A stretch of 64,000 nucleotides of DNA, taken from NCBI RefSeq assembly GCF_006345805.1, contig NC_042997.1, positions 71,858,001-71,922,000 of the forward strand. Reading direction: 5' to 3'. The notes under the pieces are model-generated. The model made no database searches. It saw nothing but the letters and a program-made list of their open reading frames with translations, and was not told where the DNA came from. Origin of the DNA: Octopus sinensis. Taxonomy: Eukaryota. This document shows, one piece after another, positions 51,706 to 64,000 of this stretch; positions within the stretch are counted from its first letter, which is position 1, and every line of letters begins with the position of its first letter. The position numbers and the translations under genes were made by a program.

Positions 51706-54140
51706 TGGCAACTCTTCAGATCGAGCTCTTGGGGGAAAGCTAATCACTTTAAAACATGAACTCAGGGCGATGAGAGAGAAACTGCGCTATCGCAAGTGAA
51801 CTTTTGAGCGAGTCAGTATCAATTGCAAATTTACTTCCAACCTATAAGCATTATACAGAGAGATGAGGAAGAAAAACATTACCATTAAGAAAGCTCCCTC
51901 CCAAGAAGATCTACAATCATTCTGATCAAAAATTTGGAACGAAAAGAGAGATTTCAACATGAATGTATCATGGTTAAATGCAATTAAGGGAGGATACTGT
52001 ACAACACTAACAGTAAAGCATACAAAATTGAATCAGAAACCTTTGCTATAGCAGTAGGCAAACTGCAGGATTGGAAGGCACCTGGAAGGGACCTAATAGT
52101 TGGATATTGGTACAAGTAGCTGACATTTTATAGAAATCACTTGATATGTATGTTCAAATGGACTATGGAAGGTTAAACTGATACACCAAATTGGCTTGCT
52201 ACAGCAAGGACAAATCTTGTTGCTAAAAATGAAATCACCGAGATGGCAGGAAACTACAGACCCATTGCTTGCCTAACCATTATGTACAAACTATACATAA
52301 GTTGCTTCAACCAAATCCTCCAAGACCATTGTGAGTCGAACAACATTGTGGCTGATGAACTGTTTGGTGGTAAGAAGGAAGTGTGTACTGTCTGAAGTAA
52401 GAAAACAACGCAGAAACCTGGTGACAATATGGCTTGACTATAAGAAGGCATTCGACTCTATCCGCTATTCATGGCCGTTGAAGTGCCTACATCTGGCAAA
52501 GGTACCTACTGCCTTAACTGCTGCTATAGAGAGACTAACAAAGACATGGACAACTATTATTACTCTTACAACTCAGAACAGAATAATTGTTTCTAATAGT
52601 ATTCCAGGGAGATAGCCTTTCTGTACTTCTTTTCATTTTGACACTGAATCCATTATCGTTCCTACTGCAGAAATTCATATTTGGTTGTAGAACGAGGCAA
52701 GTCAGTCCCCCAAACCAGAAGCCCGTACATCAACGGTCTCTCTATCTCCCCCATTCTACACAAAGAATGTTACAAGTACCTAGGCATAGACGAAAATGAA
52801 GGCGCTGTGAATAAAGATAGAGTGACCCGAAAATATTACAACAAAACACTATCCCACAATGCATCTGCAGTACCAGTGCTGATCCCAACATTTGGTATAC
52901 TTGATTGGTCTGAAGAGGAAATCTACTCTAAATATCAAAACCCGCAAAATCCTGACAACTGGGAACTTCCACAGAAACAGTGACGTTAATAGGCTCTACC
53001 TAAGAGGAAATGAAGGTAGTAGAGGCCTGAGATTAGTGCAGACAGCCTTCGAATGCTGTATGGTTTCGCTCAGGCAGCAGCTGTTAAACAACAGCAGCAA
53101 AAATAAATATATGAATGAAGTGTTGAAAAGTGAAGTGAGCAAACATTCTACGAGTTGGCAGTGAACACCTCAAGAAATACTCTCTTCCTGATGATTTCCT
53201 ATACAGCCCCAAAACAGCTGGACTCTATTATCTGAGAAGACCTGGATGGAAAGCATTCAGCATACAAAAAAAAAAAAAAGGACCATGCATGGGTATGTTA
53301 CCCAGAAACTTGAAGAAGACAGTAGAATTGACACGAAGCGCAGACTCTCTTGGGCACAAGACCACTACATCACATCACACTTTGAAGTTTATGTTTTTGC
53401 AATCCAGGAACAGAAGATTGCCACAAAGTACCTGGTGAACAAGAGAGACAGTAACGCTCTTGTAATCCCAAGGTGCGACCGCATGTGTAGGCTATGTCAT
53501 GTTTCTGTGGAAGACATTACGCATGTGATTAGCAGCTGTCCTAAAATGTTGTCACGGTACTACTTACCTATGCAGTACGATGTTGTTGCTAAAACAATTT
53601 ACAATGCCATCCGCAAAAAAGATTGTCCTGAAATAAACTTAGAAAATCCTTGTCATGAAATACATTCATAAACACCAACTCAAGGAATACTAGTGGAATA
53701 TTTCCAGCAAAACTTTAGTCAAATGTAAGCGTAACAAGCCGGATATAGTTGTTTGAGACAGAGGGGCAAATGTATGTACCATCACAGAGGTTAGCTGTCC
53801 TCTTTGAAAATCGAAGAAAGAGAGGATCTCCATGGACAACTGCTTCGAAACTTCCAGCCTCTAAATCGAGACTATGAATTCATATTCATACCAATAATAA
53901 TTGGAGCATTAGGTTTTGTTAGTAAATGCTTAAAGGAGAATCTGGATAAACTGGGATTTTCAGAAAGAGAAATCAACTGACTAATTTGTACATTACAAGT
54001 GCAATCTGTGAGTGGAACAGTAAAAATATGCAAGACTTTTCTCAAGTTCCAAATGTAGATTTGTCTGTGTTAACTACATCCGAAAGATGGAGCCTTGTAT
54101 CTTTGTTGCAAACCGGCTCCCTCTTCATTGGGAGATTTAT
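51706..54140 (+). mobile_element. Second R4/Dong-type RLE LINE, heavily decayed with internal deletions
   Basis: WKAPG.D, NYRPIACL, WLDYKKAFDS, FQGDSLS, YKYLG, RLYL...GSRGL, CRLCHVSVEDITHVISSC, KPDIVV, PIIIGALG. Confidence 0.88.
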
Positions 54141-54214
54141 AATCAAAAAGTAGAAGAGACATACATGTATATACATACATATATATATATACACATACAC
54201 ACACACACACACAC

Positions 54215-54275
<61 letters not shown>

Positions 54276-55555
54276 ACATACATATATACATATGTATGAA
54301 TGTATGTATGTATGTATGTATGCATGTTTGCATGTATAGGTATATGCATGCATACATACGCTTATTTCAGTAACATATTTTTCTAACGCTCAGACAAAAC
54401 AAATGACTTTTATTGATACAGTGTATTGAAGACTATAATAGTCAATGTATTCTATCTATTTTAAAGCTAATTGTAATTTGATAAAGATTTGATTTTATTT
54501 CTAGCAAAGAATACGAACACGTGAATGGCTTTCAAGCATGTATGTGAATCTTGAATCAATTTTCATTTTTATATTTAAAAGTCCATGTTGACCTTTTACA
54601 ATTTGAACATACGTTACATATTTTTGGCGGAGAAATATAATCATGTAAATTCATTCCATTATATTATTGGAATTCCCGATAGAATTTACAACCAGAACGC
54701 AAAGAAACGTGATCTCTCTATTTTGCAATTCATCGACATTATAAAGAAAAGAAAAAAAAAACTGAAAGGTTTTCATGAATGGATGTCGGGAGACTGATTT
54801 AAAATATATTATATGCAAGTAAAAGGGTGAATCGCTCTAATAAAATCAGTTTTATTATATCTTTTTTAGTACAGCCATTAATCATTTATCCAAAATTTCG
54901 AAATCTAAAAATTTTCAAAACCAATATTTTATTCGAGTAAAGGAAGTGTCATAAATAGATAACTCCTGGAAAGGTTTCTACTAGAGGGGAAGGATGGCAC
55001 TTGGGTTAAAACGAAAGAATCGTTTTATGGAGTTGCCAAGCTGAAATGGAAGTGTTATAGGTAGACTTGTTTACAGGAAAAGCGACATATTTCTATAGAG
55101 AAACAGTTACATGTGCGAAGCTGGACCAGCGCCAAATTTATATATAACTACCCACACGTTGTAAGATGTATGATGAAATGAAAATGCGTAACATGTTTAG
55201 ACTTGGGTTTTATTTCCCAGCTGTCTATTTTCTTGATGCAAATATACGCATAAATCTAAGAGATACGGAATATTTTCGTTCATAAATATTTCGATATTTT
55301 AGATGATCTTGCTCCAATTTCCCCTTATGCTCCAGTTTTATGGGATCGAGACTTCTCACTCTTCAACCCTAAAAGCAAATAAATTACAAATTCCATTCTC
55401 CACAAAATACTGGCTCACATCTTAAAAGGGTTAGTTTTGTATTTGGAAAATCCTTTCAACAGTTTTACAATTCTTGACATCAGTGTTACATTATCAAATC
55501 TCTCATTGCATCCCATTTCTTTTAACAACGCCATACTCACACCAGCACGCATACG

Positions 55556-55588
<33 letters not shown>

Positions 55589-55600
55589 ATATATATCTGG

Positions 55601-56504
55601 TTCTTGACTGATGACTGAGGGCTTCGAATGTCCCGTCCTGTGGTTCTTGTGTCGTCTCTGTGGTGTTTCATGTTCTTGTCCATGTCTGTAATTATTTTTA
55701 CTGTTTACCTATATAATCGGCGGCTACGTATCCACATTGACCTTATACGATAAGTATATTTTTTCTCTAGCATTGATACGACTCTTAATCTGTCTCTTTT
55801 TCTCTCTCTCTCTCCTCCCTTATTCCCCTTCCTTTCTTTCCCTCTCCATCCGTTCCCCCCCCCCTTCTACGTTTCTCTATCTCTCTCACCTCCAGCCCCC
55901 TCGATCTGTCTCTTTCTTCTCCTCTCTCTCTCTTCTCCTCCCTCGTCCACCTTCTCTCTCTTTCATCTGTCCCTTTCTCCTGTCTTCTGTTCTCACGTGA
56001 CAGCTAGCCGCCGTTGAGCGCTCTTTCGTTTTCAGCAGCCGCAGAAGCAACACGTATTTGTTCGTCTCCCCGTGGCCATTAGGCACAACTTCACAAGCCA
56101 GCCCCATACTCAACTCGTCCTGTCGAAAGACCCTTGTCCCACGTCCTGGTTTTGTTTTGTTGTTTATTTTTTATTCTTATTTTTACCGTTATTGTTTTTA
56201 CGTTTTTGTATTCTTATTGGTGTCACGTATTCTGTATTTTTGTTTATATACTTCGTTCGTTTTCCGTCCTCGCGTTGTATACATTCGAAGCTTTCTTCCA
56301 GGGGATCTAATGCGCTTGGCTTAGATTTCCCTTGGCTGGCTGGCCATATCGGAGCAATCTCAAGATTAATCAGCCGAAATTGCTAAGATGATCTGTTCTT
56401 GACTGATGACTGAGGGCTTCGAATGTCCCGTCCTGTGGTTCTTGTGTCGTCTCTGTGGTGTTTCATGTTCTTGTCCATGTCTGTAATTATTTTTACTGTT
56501 TACC

Positions 56505-56510
<6 letters not shown>
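55601..56510 (+). mobile_element. 910 bp element bounded by identical 115-bp direct repeats (partial-tandem pLTR-like structure)
   Basis: 55601-55715 equals 56396-56510; embedded in (TA)n; no coding capacity. Confidence 0.6.
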
Positions 56511-56538
<28 letters not shown>

Positions 56539-56575
56539 GTGTGTGTGTGTATGTATATATATATATATATATATA

Positions 56576-56670
<95 letters not shown>

Positions 56671-56709
56671 TATATACTTTATTTTAAGCAGCAGAAAATT
56701 CAACAAAAT

Positions 56710-56747
56710 CTGTTACTCTGAGTTTCTCGTTGCCGTTCATCAGACAG
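56710..56747 (-). ncRNA. Minimal hammerhead ribozyme motif at the 3' end of the Penelope-like element
   Basis: Minus strand: cugu CUGAUGA acg-gcaa-cga GAAA cuc-a-gag UA acag. Canonical core, weak stem II. Confidence 0.7.
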
Positions 56748-57828
56748 TTTTTGCTAGAATGGAACTGATATATAAATTCAATCTATACTCTTACAAACGC
56801 TACACCTTTAAAAAGAAATGGACTTGTTTGATTGGCCCTTTAGAAAAACGGTCAATCTTCGAGCGATAAACAAAAAGGTCAAATATATGTATATATATAT
56901 AAAACTTATAAAAATTATATATAAAAAACTTATAAAAATTATAAAATCCGAGGAAAAAACCATTGACGTTAATGAAGACAGTGCAAATTAATGCATAGAA
57001 ATTAAACCTGTTATAAATACTGCAATACATATTTATATTAAAATCTACATATATATATCAACATACACAAAAGGATGCGCGTAAACGCCATACATACATA
57101 TACAGACGTATGAATATAATTTAAATATACACATAAAAGCATGTGTACATATATTCACGCAAACCGTCTCGCACGCAAGCTAAAATTCATCTATGTAGCA
57201 ATTCTCATATACTGGGCAAGGAGGGGGAACGAAAGAAAGGGAGAGAGAGAAAAAGGAACGAAGGAGGGGTGGGGAAAAAAACGAAATAAGCAGTGTAACG
57301 ATGTTATTGGCATCTATAGAGACCAGTATACATACACAAGTTTGAATGGATACATATACATACCGTCGTGTATATGTGTGCTTAAGCACAAACATACTTT
57401 CACTTACACATACACAGATACGCATGCTTACAAATACATATGCTTTGCTATACACATACTTATATAAACATTATAATTTTGACAACATTGCTTTTTTTTA
57501 AAAAACATTGCTTTTAAAAAATGGGTGCATTAATAAAAATATATACGAAAGACATATAAAATAAAATATAACATCCTATTTTGGGTCATTTATAAATAAT
57601 CAAGGTAATATAAATAATCAAGGTAATCCTATGCAATACAATAACATGAAAACAAAGTTTGTAGGTTTTTCCTAATATATATGTAGAAACATAAGACTTT
57701 GCTATACGGATTAAGATCCGCATAGTTTGGAAACAAAACAAAAACAAAAACAAAATCAAAATCAAAATCCATCGTAGCGCTCAAGAGTCAAAATCAAAAT
57801 CAAATATCAAAAATACAAAATATATACT

Positions 57829-59530
57829 CTATCCATATGGTATATTTATATTCGACATTTTAAATTTAGCCGCGTGCCTACATAAGTTCATTAACTGACT
57901 TCTTTGATTCAAAGAATTATTGTCTTTGAATAAGATGTACATTTTCTCTAATAGACAAAGTCTGCACTTGAAATTATTTTTGTAAGCTCCATGCCTGTAT
58001 GGTGCCACCCTGTCCAGAATGCTCCATGTCACGTTGAAAGGTGGGGCTTCCTTTTCTTTTAGTTCCCAGACATATTTTGCTAGGCTGGTTTTCTTCCTAT
58101 TCTCTGGGTATTTAAATGAATTTTTATGAGAATAAAATCTTGTTTTAAATGAATTTTCTGAAGCCCCTGTGTATGTCTTGTATTCCGATGAGCCTTCCAC
58201 TTGCACCTTGGCTCTATAAACTACTCCTTTCACTAGACATTTCCCTTCTAACGGACAGGAGCTTTCGTTTTTGAAATTACATTTCTTAATGGGGTCGGCA
58301 CCATGTCTAATATCAATTAGCTTCCTATTATGTTGGCTAATGTAAGAGGCGAAATTTCTGCAACAAGAATAGCTAACCTTCAGGGTTCTTCTATTAAATA
58401 TTCTGTAGAATTTATGACCCTGCTTAAAATGCTTAGAGACTAATCTCAAAAATTCCTTACCTATATTAGTCTTTACGGCCAAATTGAAAGCCGGGTTGAA
58501 CCACAAAACTTTCCTGGTCCTAGTTCTTCGTGCAGCATTATTATCAGCATTAAGCTGGTTGAACTGGATCTTCTCAGAGAATCCACTATTCTTTAATGCG
58601 CTATCGTAATAAGGTGCAGCATTATGGAATGCTGCCTCGTCCGAAGAAATTGAAGATATTCTTCTACCTACATTGCTGACTAAGTTCCTAAGGATAACTG
58701 GTGGATGGTTCGAATCTTTGCTAATATACGATAGCTTTTCATTGGGCTTACGGAAAGGTTTAAATCTATCCGATCTTGCATTAAAATTTAGGTCTAAAAA
58801 ATCTACACTATTCAGGTTAGCATCTATCGTAACCCGTAAGCCCATCCTTTGAAAGAAAGCTATAAGGTCCTTCCTAAGTCTATCTGATTCATGGCCGTTT
58901 AGATTATGCGTAGCTATAAGGCCGTCATCCCTATATAAACCTGCATCTATAAATGGGAATTCTATTTTTAGATTATGGAGAATAAAGGCTCCTATGAGCA
59001 TACATAATTCAGCCCATCGGTACATCGAAAAGAGAATCCTCAGTCTTCTTAATCCAGGTGGAATCCTCGAAAAAAAGAAGCGATTTCCTCGCATGCATAA
59101 TAATTTCAATTTCCGAGCTATCGATGTTGACATACTGCTTGGCGAAGTCCAATGCCCTTAGGAGCAACGTCCTAGATATTGACGGGTAAAAGTCAATAAT
59201 GTCGAATTGTGTGAAACTACAATTATTCTTATAGCTAATACCTTTAAACCACTCTATAACTGACTTACTATTCTTCCAATTCTCAAGTCTACTTCACTAT
59301 CTAACTTAACTAAAATACGGTCCAAAATATTTTTGCTAATAATTCCTATCTCAGTTTTAGCCGGATTTATCAATCTACATTTGGGGTTTCTACTAAAATT
59401 GGCTTTATGGTCTTTCAGAGTAATAAAAGCTGGTCGTGGTGAAAGGTATTCAATCCTATCGCTAATCTTAAGATCGTTAGCTATTCCTCTTGCTTCTAAG
59501 TTCACCTCTTTGTATATATTCGTGTTGTCT
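57829..59530 (-). pseudogene. RT-GIY-YIG ORF of the Penelope-like element (frameshifts near 59270 and 59020; ~400 aa C-terminal part open)
   Basis: ORFs 59254-59643 and 57829-59133 plus an intervening frame. Confidence 0.85.
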
Positions 59531-59534
59531 ATAT

Positions 59535-59638
<104 letters not shown>

Positions 59639-59868
59639 ATCATTTTACTGATATTGCATATTGAAACCCAGCCATGCTGGGGTACTGTCTTTAAAGGTTT
59701 TCAGCCGATCATAACGAACAGAGAACTTAATTCAATCTGGGACTTATTTTATCAATCTTTAGCAGGCTGCTAGTGTTACGTTTTGACAGAAAATAACATA
59801 TATTAATATACTGCTTCACAATGGCAAACTTAAGTACAGTTAGGCGCGAGCACAGAGGGAGAGAGAGA

Positions 59869-59928
<60 letters not shown>

Positions 59929-60332
59929 AAGAAAGAGAGAATGTTGATTAATTCAACGCTACCACAGCAGATAATTGTCCAAGATGCTGCAAATTGGAAT
60001 CGATCAAGGAGCGGCATGATTGCAAGATGCTTCTTAACTACGCATCTATGACTGTTCATATGTCTGTGTGTGTTTTTGTGTGCGTCTCTGCATGTAGGTA
60101 GATAGGTATATAGATATGTATTTAAGTTGATAAGTAGGTATATGGATACATATTCTCTCTATATTGGAATTTAAATATGATTTTGAACCCTGATTTGCGT
60201 GCTGAAATATAAATGAAGAAATGAAATGATTTAAGAAGCGGTGCACTAAGTCTGTTGTGTTGATTTCTGACATTGATTCCACAAGTCTTTTCAGCTCGAT
60301 CTTCGCAGTAATACACAGACATATTCTACATA

Positions 60333-60371
60333 TAGGCACAGGAGTGGCTGTGTGGTCAGTAGCTTGCTTAC
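60333..60371 (+). mobile_element. 5' piece of a family-1 SINE split by an insertion
   Basis: TAGGCACAGGAGTGGCTGTGTGGTCAGTAGCTTGCTTAC continues at 62280. Confidence 0.85.
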
Positions 60372-62279
60372 TACGCATGCGTGGATCAGTGTTGTTTCTG
60401 CACTGAATGCTGTCAAGACGCGCTTTCGCTGCGGTCTTGAAGTGAAGCACGTTGAAGGCGCGACTGTAAAGTAGGCATCTGTTTCTTTGGGGATTTAGTG
60501 GGGTTTTGTTGTTTGATATTGTTTTTCTTTTTGCAAATAAGAAATCCTCACTGGGTCCCGGATATTTGTCTGCCTGCAGTCGCGCTACGTGACTCACTTA
60601 GCTGTGAAAATTCTTATTTTGGGGCGTGTCTCTCCTCCAAAAAAAATGTTGTGGATTTTACCAAAAATTTCTGAAGTTCGTACCAATTTGTGGAACTGTT
60701 CCTGCTGTTGGATTACCCTAAGCCAGGAGTACTGTCGGCGGGAACTGTGCTTTATTTTGCTGTGTTTTGAACTGTCTTCCTTCTTTCTTCTATCTTCCTT
60801 TTGTTTTGACTTCGAACTTTTTTTTAACTTTGGTTTGAATTTTTTTGCTCTCAAGCATGGCAAAGAAACATAAGGTGTTGGAGTGGGAAATTGCCCCACC
60901 CAAACTGTGGATAAAAAGTCTTGAGGAGAGGACGGTGGTGCTGCGAACGTACTCCAAGTTGCTCGACACCATCGCCCTCTTTAAAAAGAGAGTTGGCGGA
61001 GTATATGCCAACTATAAAATTTATTTCCAGGAGTGTCAAATATGCGAAGGGACTCGCAATTTTGCAAGTCAGCCCTTAGTGGGCGAAGAAATATTGTTTC
61101 TTCCCACGTGTTGTGGGAAGAAGTTGACAAGAGCTTGGGTCTGCGGTTTGCCACCCGGGATAGAACCCGAGTGGATAGAAGACACTATCCGCCGCGGTAT
61201 GGGTGGCAGCGGAGCCAAACTCCTCAATGTCAAAATTTTGCCTGCGGCTGATTGGGTGGGGTCAAAAGCGGGTTTGACCCTGTGGGCCCAATCAGCCAAG
61301 AATATGGCGTTTCTAAATTTTCTTAAAATGGCCGGTTCTCGGTATCCGGTGGTTCTTGAGGGACACCCCAAGTGTCACCTGTGCCTGGAACCGGGCCATA
61401 TTAAGAACTGTCCCCAGGACCAAAGTAGGTTCATGGAGCAGTTAATAAAAGTAGCGCCCTCCCCGCTCCTCCTTTGGAGGGAGAGGCAGTCGAGGAGGTG
61501 GGGATCTCCTCGAAAAATGGGAAAAAAGAAAGCAATGGTTGCCCACCGAAGGACCCTAAAGCTGCAGGGGCGAGGGAAGATCCTCCGGATAAACGGAGGT
61601 ACCCCACCCCCCGTAGCACAAAGGATGAAGAAAAAGAAAAAACAAAGAATGGGACATCGCCGGCGGTTGGAAGTGCACTGCCAGTATGTCCTGAAACCTC
61701 GTCGGTGGGATTTGTGCCACCGACGGAGGAAATAGTGGCCAAGGGAGGGGTGATGCAGAGCTTCGTAAATAAGCTGGAGGGCCGGAGGGAGGGGAACTTG
61801 CCCTGGGCTGAAGACTCGGATTGGCCTCCGCAGGTAACTGCGGAGGTCCTAACAGACATTGAAATGTTCAGGGTGATGGACTCCTTTCCGAAGGACCAGT
61901 ATAGGTTAGCCTTTTGGCGCACCGACCTGGAACTACAGGAGTGCCTGCAGGAGGCATATGGCCTGGTTAGAGAGAAAGGATAAGAGGCCTTAGTGCCTCA
62001 ATTTTCATTGTTTATATTGTTTGGATTCTTTGGTAAGAGGCTCAGCGCCTCAATTTGTAAAGGCGATTACGTCAATTGTTATTGAACTGAGATAAGAGGT
62101 TTAGTGCTTCATTTTGTTTTTTAAAATAAAAAGAACAATATTTTCGAGAATGCAACAATCGGTGTGCGTTGTTTGCTTCTCCTACCAACCATTTCTTTCA
62201 TTTCATCATCATCGTGTCCTCGTCCAGCCCGCAGCTACTACTGCTGTGCAATGCCTTGATGGCAAATCGAATGAAATAA
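60372..62279 (+). mobile_element. Non-autonomous ORF1-only (L1/Tx1-like) retroelement with 14-bp TSD
   Basis: TSD AGTAGCTTGCTTAC at 60358-60371 and 62280-62293. ~480 nt 5' UTR, a single gag/ORF1-like frame, and a short 3' UTR ending GAAATAAA. Confidence 0.8.
60857..61983 (+). CDS. ORF1/gag-like nucleic-acid-binding protein (RRM-like segment, CCHC knuckle, charged tail), one frameshift near 61460
   Basis: TRAWVCGLPPGIEPEWI and PVVLEGHPKCHLCLEPGHIKNCP, continuing in frame 61474-61983. Confidence 0.65.
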
Positions 62280-62419
62280 AGTAGCTTGCTTACCAACCAC
62301 ATGGTTTCGAGTTCAGTCCCACAGCATGGCACCTTGGGCAAATGTCTTCTACTCTAGCCTCAGGCCGACAAAAGCCTTGTGAGTGGATTTGGTAGACGGA
62401 AACTGAAAGAAGCCCGTTG

Positions 62420-62463
<44 letters not shown>

Positions 62464-62471
62464 GTGTGTGT

Positions 62472-62555
<84 letters not shown>

Positions 62556-62758
62556 TGTGTGTATCTGTATTTGTCCCCCATCCTCGCTTGACAACAGATG
62601 TTGGTGTGTTTACGTCCCCGTGGTTCGGCAAAAGACTTCGATAGAATAAGTACTAGGCTTACAAAGAATCCGTTCTGGGGTCGATTTGCTCGACTAAAGG
62701 CAGTGCTCCATCAGGGACACAGTCAAATGACTGAAACAAGTAAAAGAATAAAAGAATA
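62280..62758 (+). mobile_element. Remainder of the split family-1 SINE
   Basis: B-box-like GAGTTCAGTCCC, body, internal (TA)n(TG)n and AAAAGAAT tail repeats. Confidence 0.88.
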
Positions 62759-64000
62759 TATTGCTGAATAAACTGATTAATATGTTTGGAAACAGTGACG
62801 ATGTTAGCATCCTTTCACGGTTGAGATATAGACTTCTCTGGTAGAGCGATGAAACTTTCTGGTGCAGAGGTAATCACACTTGTCTAAGATCTTTGCTGAA
62901 ATATTGTCTAGTTCTGGAAATTTCATGTCATTTAACCTGTTATTGATAGTTAGCGCAAATGGCAACGTACACTTCCTGCACAATTCACAGAACACTACTC
63001 GGTGCAATCATCACCCAATAAAATGGTATGCTATACATACCATTAGATAATCGACATCCGATGCTATGATATTCATAAACCAACTTACACGATTCGTATT
63101 AAACAGAGGTACCGCCCAATAATTACAACACCAACTTACATAGCACATAATCAACAAACACGCCACCCAACAAAATGACACAGCTCGCATTACATATGCT
63201 CTCCACAAATACTGATCCGCTAAAAAAGCAAATGAAATCCTACAGCAATGCAAAATAGATGTAGTATTCAAAGAAAATATTTCACTCTCGAAAGACACCT
63301 GTGAAACGCAAATATACAACTGGTGATGCTGCAGAAACTCAAATAAACTATTGAAAACTAAGTATGATAAGAATGGCTTGTAATGATTTTGTACATTGGT
63401 ATTTAGCTGTGTGACACAAAGAAGAAAATCGAAGAGCTGTCAAGTAAGACTTCCAGATATATACGTCCAAAAGGGCATTCTTAGGAAGTGTCCATTTTCT
63501 GAGGAAATTATCGTTAGTTTGTGATTGGAAAAAAACAAAACATGCTTTCCAACCACTACAGAGTGGCTTCGGTAGAGTAAATGCCACTTAAACCGAAGAA
63601 TATGATAATGATGGATAATGAGGAATATTACAAGGGCAAATTGAAGATCATAGTATTCAAAGCACTTAAGTTACAAGAAACTCAATGTGACCTAAGCACT
63701 TTAGCAACAGGGTCTTCAATTATAAGACACCAAGGGTTCTACATTCAACTTCAGAAACCAACTTTGACACTTTCTTCACAAGAAAGAATGTCTTTGGGAC
63801 TAACGTATTCATTCTTCTCGTAACTTCAGACACATTATTTTAATTCATTTTCAAAATTGTAACATATACTATATCCAATGCGTGCCTTTTCGTTACATAA
63901 CACAAGGTAAATGAGGGTATCATTGTATCATTATACGCATTATTTTCATGACACGTAATTTTATCAACTGTACTTTTAAATCAACTTATTATATAGCTAT

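Larger units (their letters stand above)
56675..59530 (-). mobile_element. Penelope-like element (Naiad-like), 5'-truncated, with a long 3' region/pLTR
   Basis: CRLINPAKTEIG, FDIIDFYPSI, GLYRDDGL, DFLDL, SNHPP, WFNP, CPLEGKCL, GIY-YIG-type GVVY...YTGASE..FKTR, CRLCLLEK and CRH. Bounded by (TA)n. Confidence 0.9.

Noticed and set aside
55604-55645. CTGATGA in the 115-bp direct repeat as a hammerhead
   Set aside because: Followed by GAAT rather than GAAA, and no convincing stems I or III
57829-58400. Selenocysteine-type (in-frame UGA) Naiad variant
   Set aside because: The Cys motifs are read through without an in-frame TGA in this copy; the altered CNC motif is TTC (Phe)

Overview
Eukaryotic, very AT-rich genomic DNA dominated by microsatellites and transposons. 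The repeat complement (tRNA-derived SINEs with internal (TA)n(TG)n, R4/Dong, CR1, Penelope-like and Tx1-like elements) resembles a cephalopod such as Octopus; this is inference, not verified. Most ORFs in the supplied track are microsatellite artefacts. The only host-gene material I can support is two phase-compatible minus-strand exons of an ADAMTS/ADAM-type metalloprotease: signal peptide 32025-32100 and M12B pro-domain 12154-12509, separated by a ~19.5 kb intron. Mobile elements include two R4/Dong-type RLE LINEs, a CR1-clade LINE with CCCH fingers, a Gypsy relic, a mariner, a hATm-like DNA transposon, a Naiad-like Penelope element and many SINEs. Three observations stand out. (1) A 1.9 kb ORF1-only (RT-less) L1/Tx1-like retroelement is inserted with a 14-bp TSD into the tRNA-like head of a SINE. 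(2) About nine minimal hammerhead-ribozyme motifs of several families sit in short Penelope pLTR-like modules embedded in (TA)n tracts; one family links directly to the Naiad-like element and one motif has a very long stem II. (3) An inverted copy of local flanking DNA is fused to one ribozyme hairpin. All assignments come from reading motifs by eye; no searches were run.
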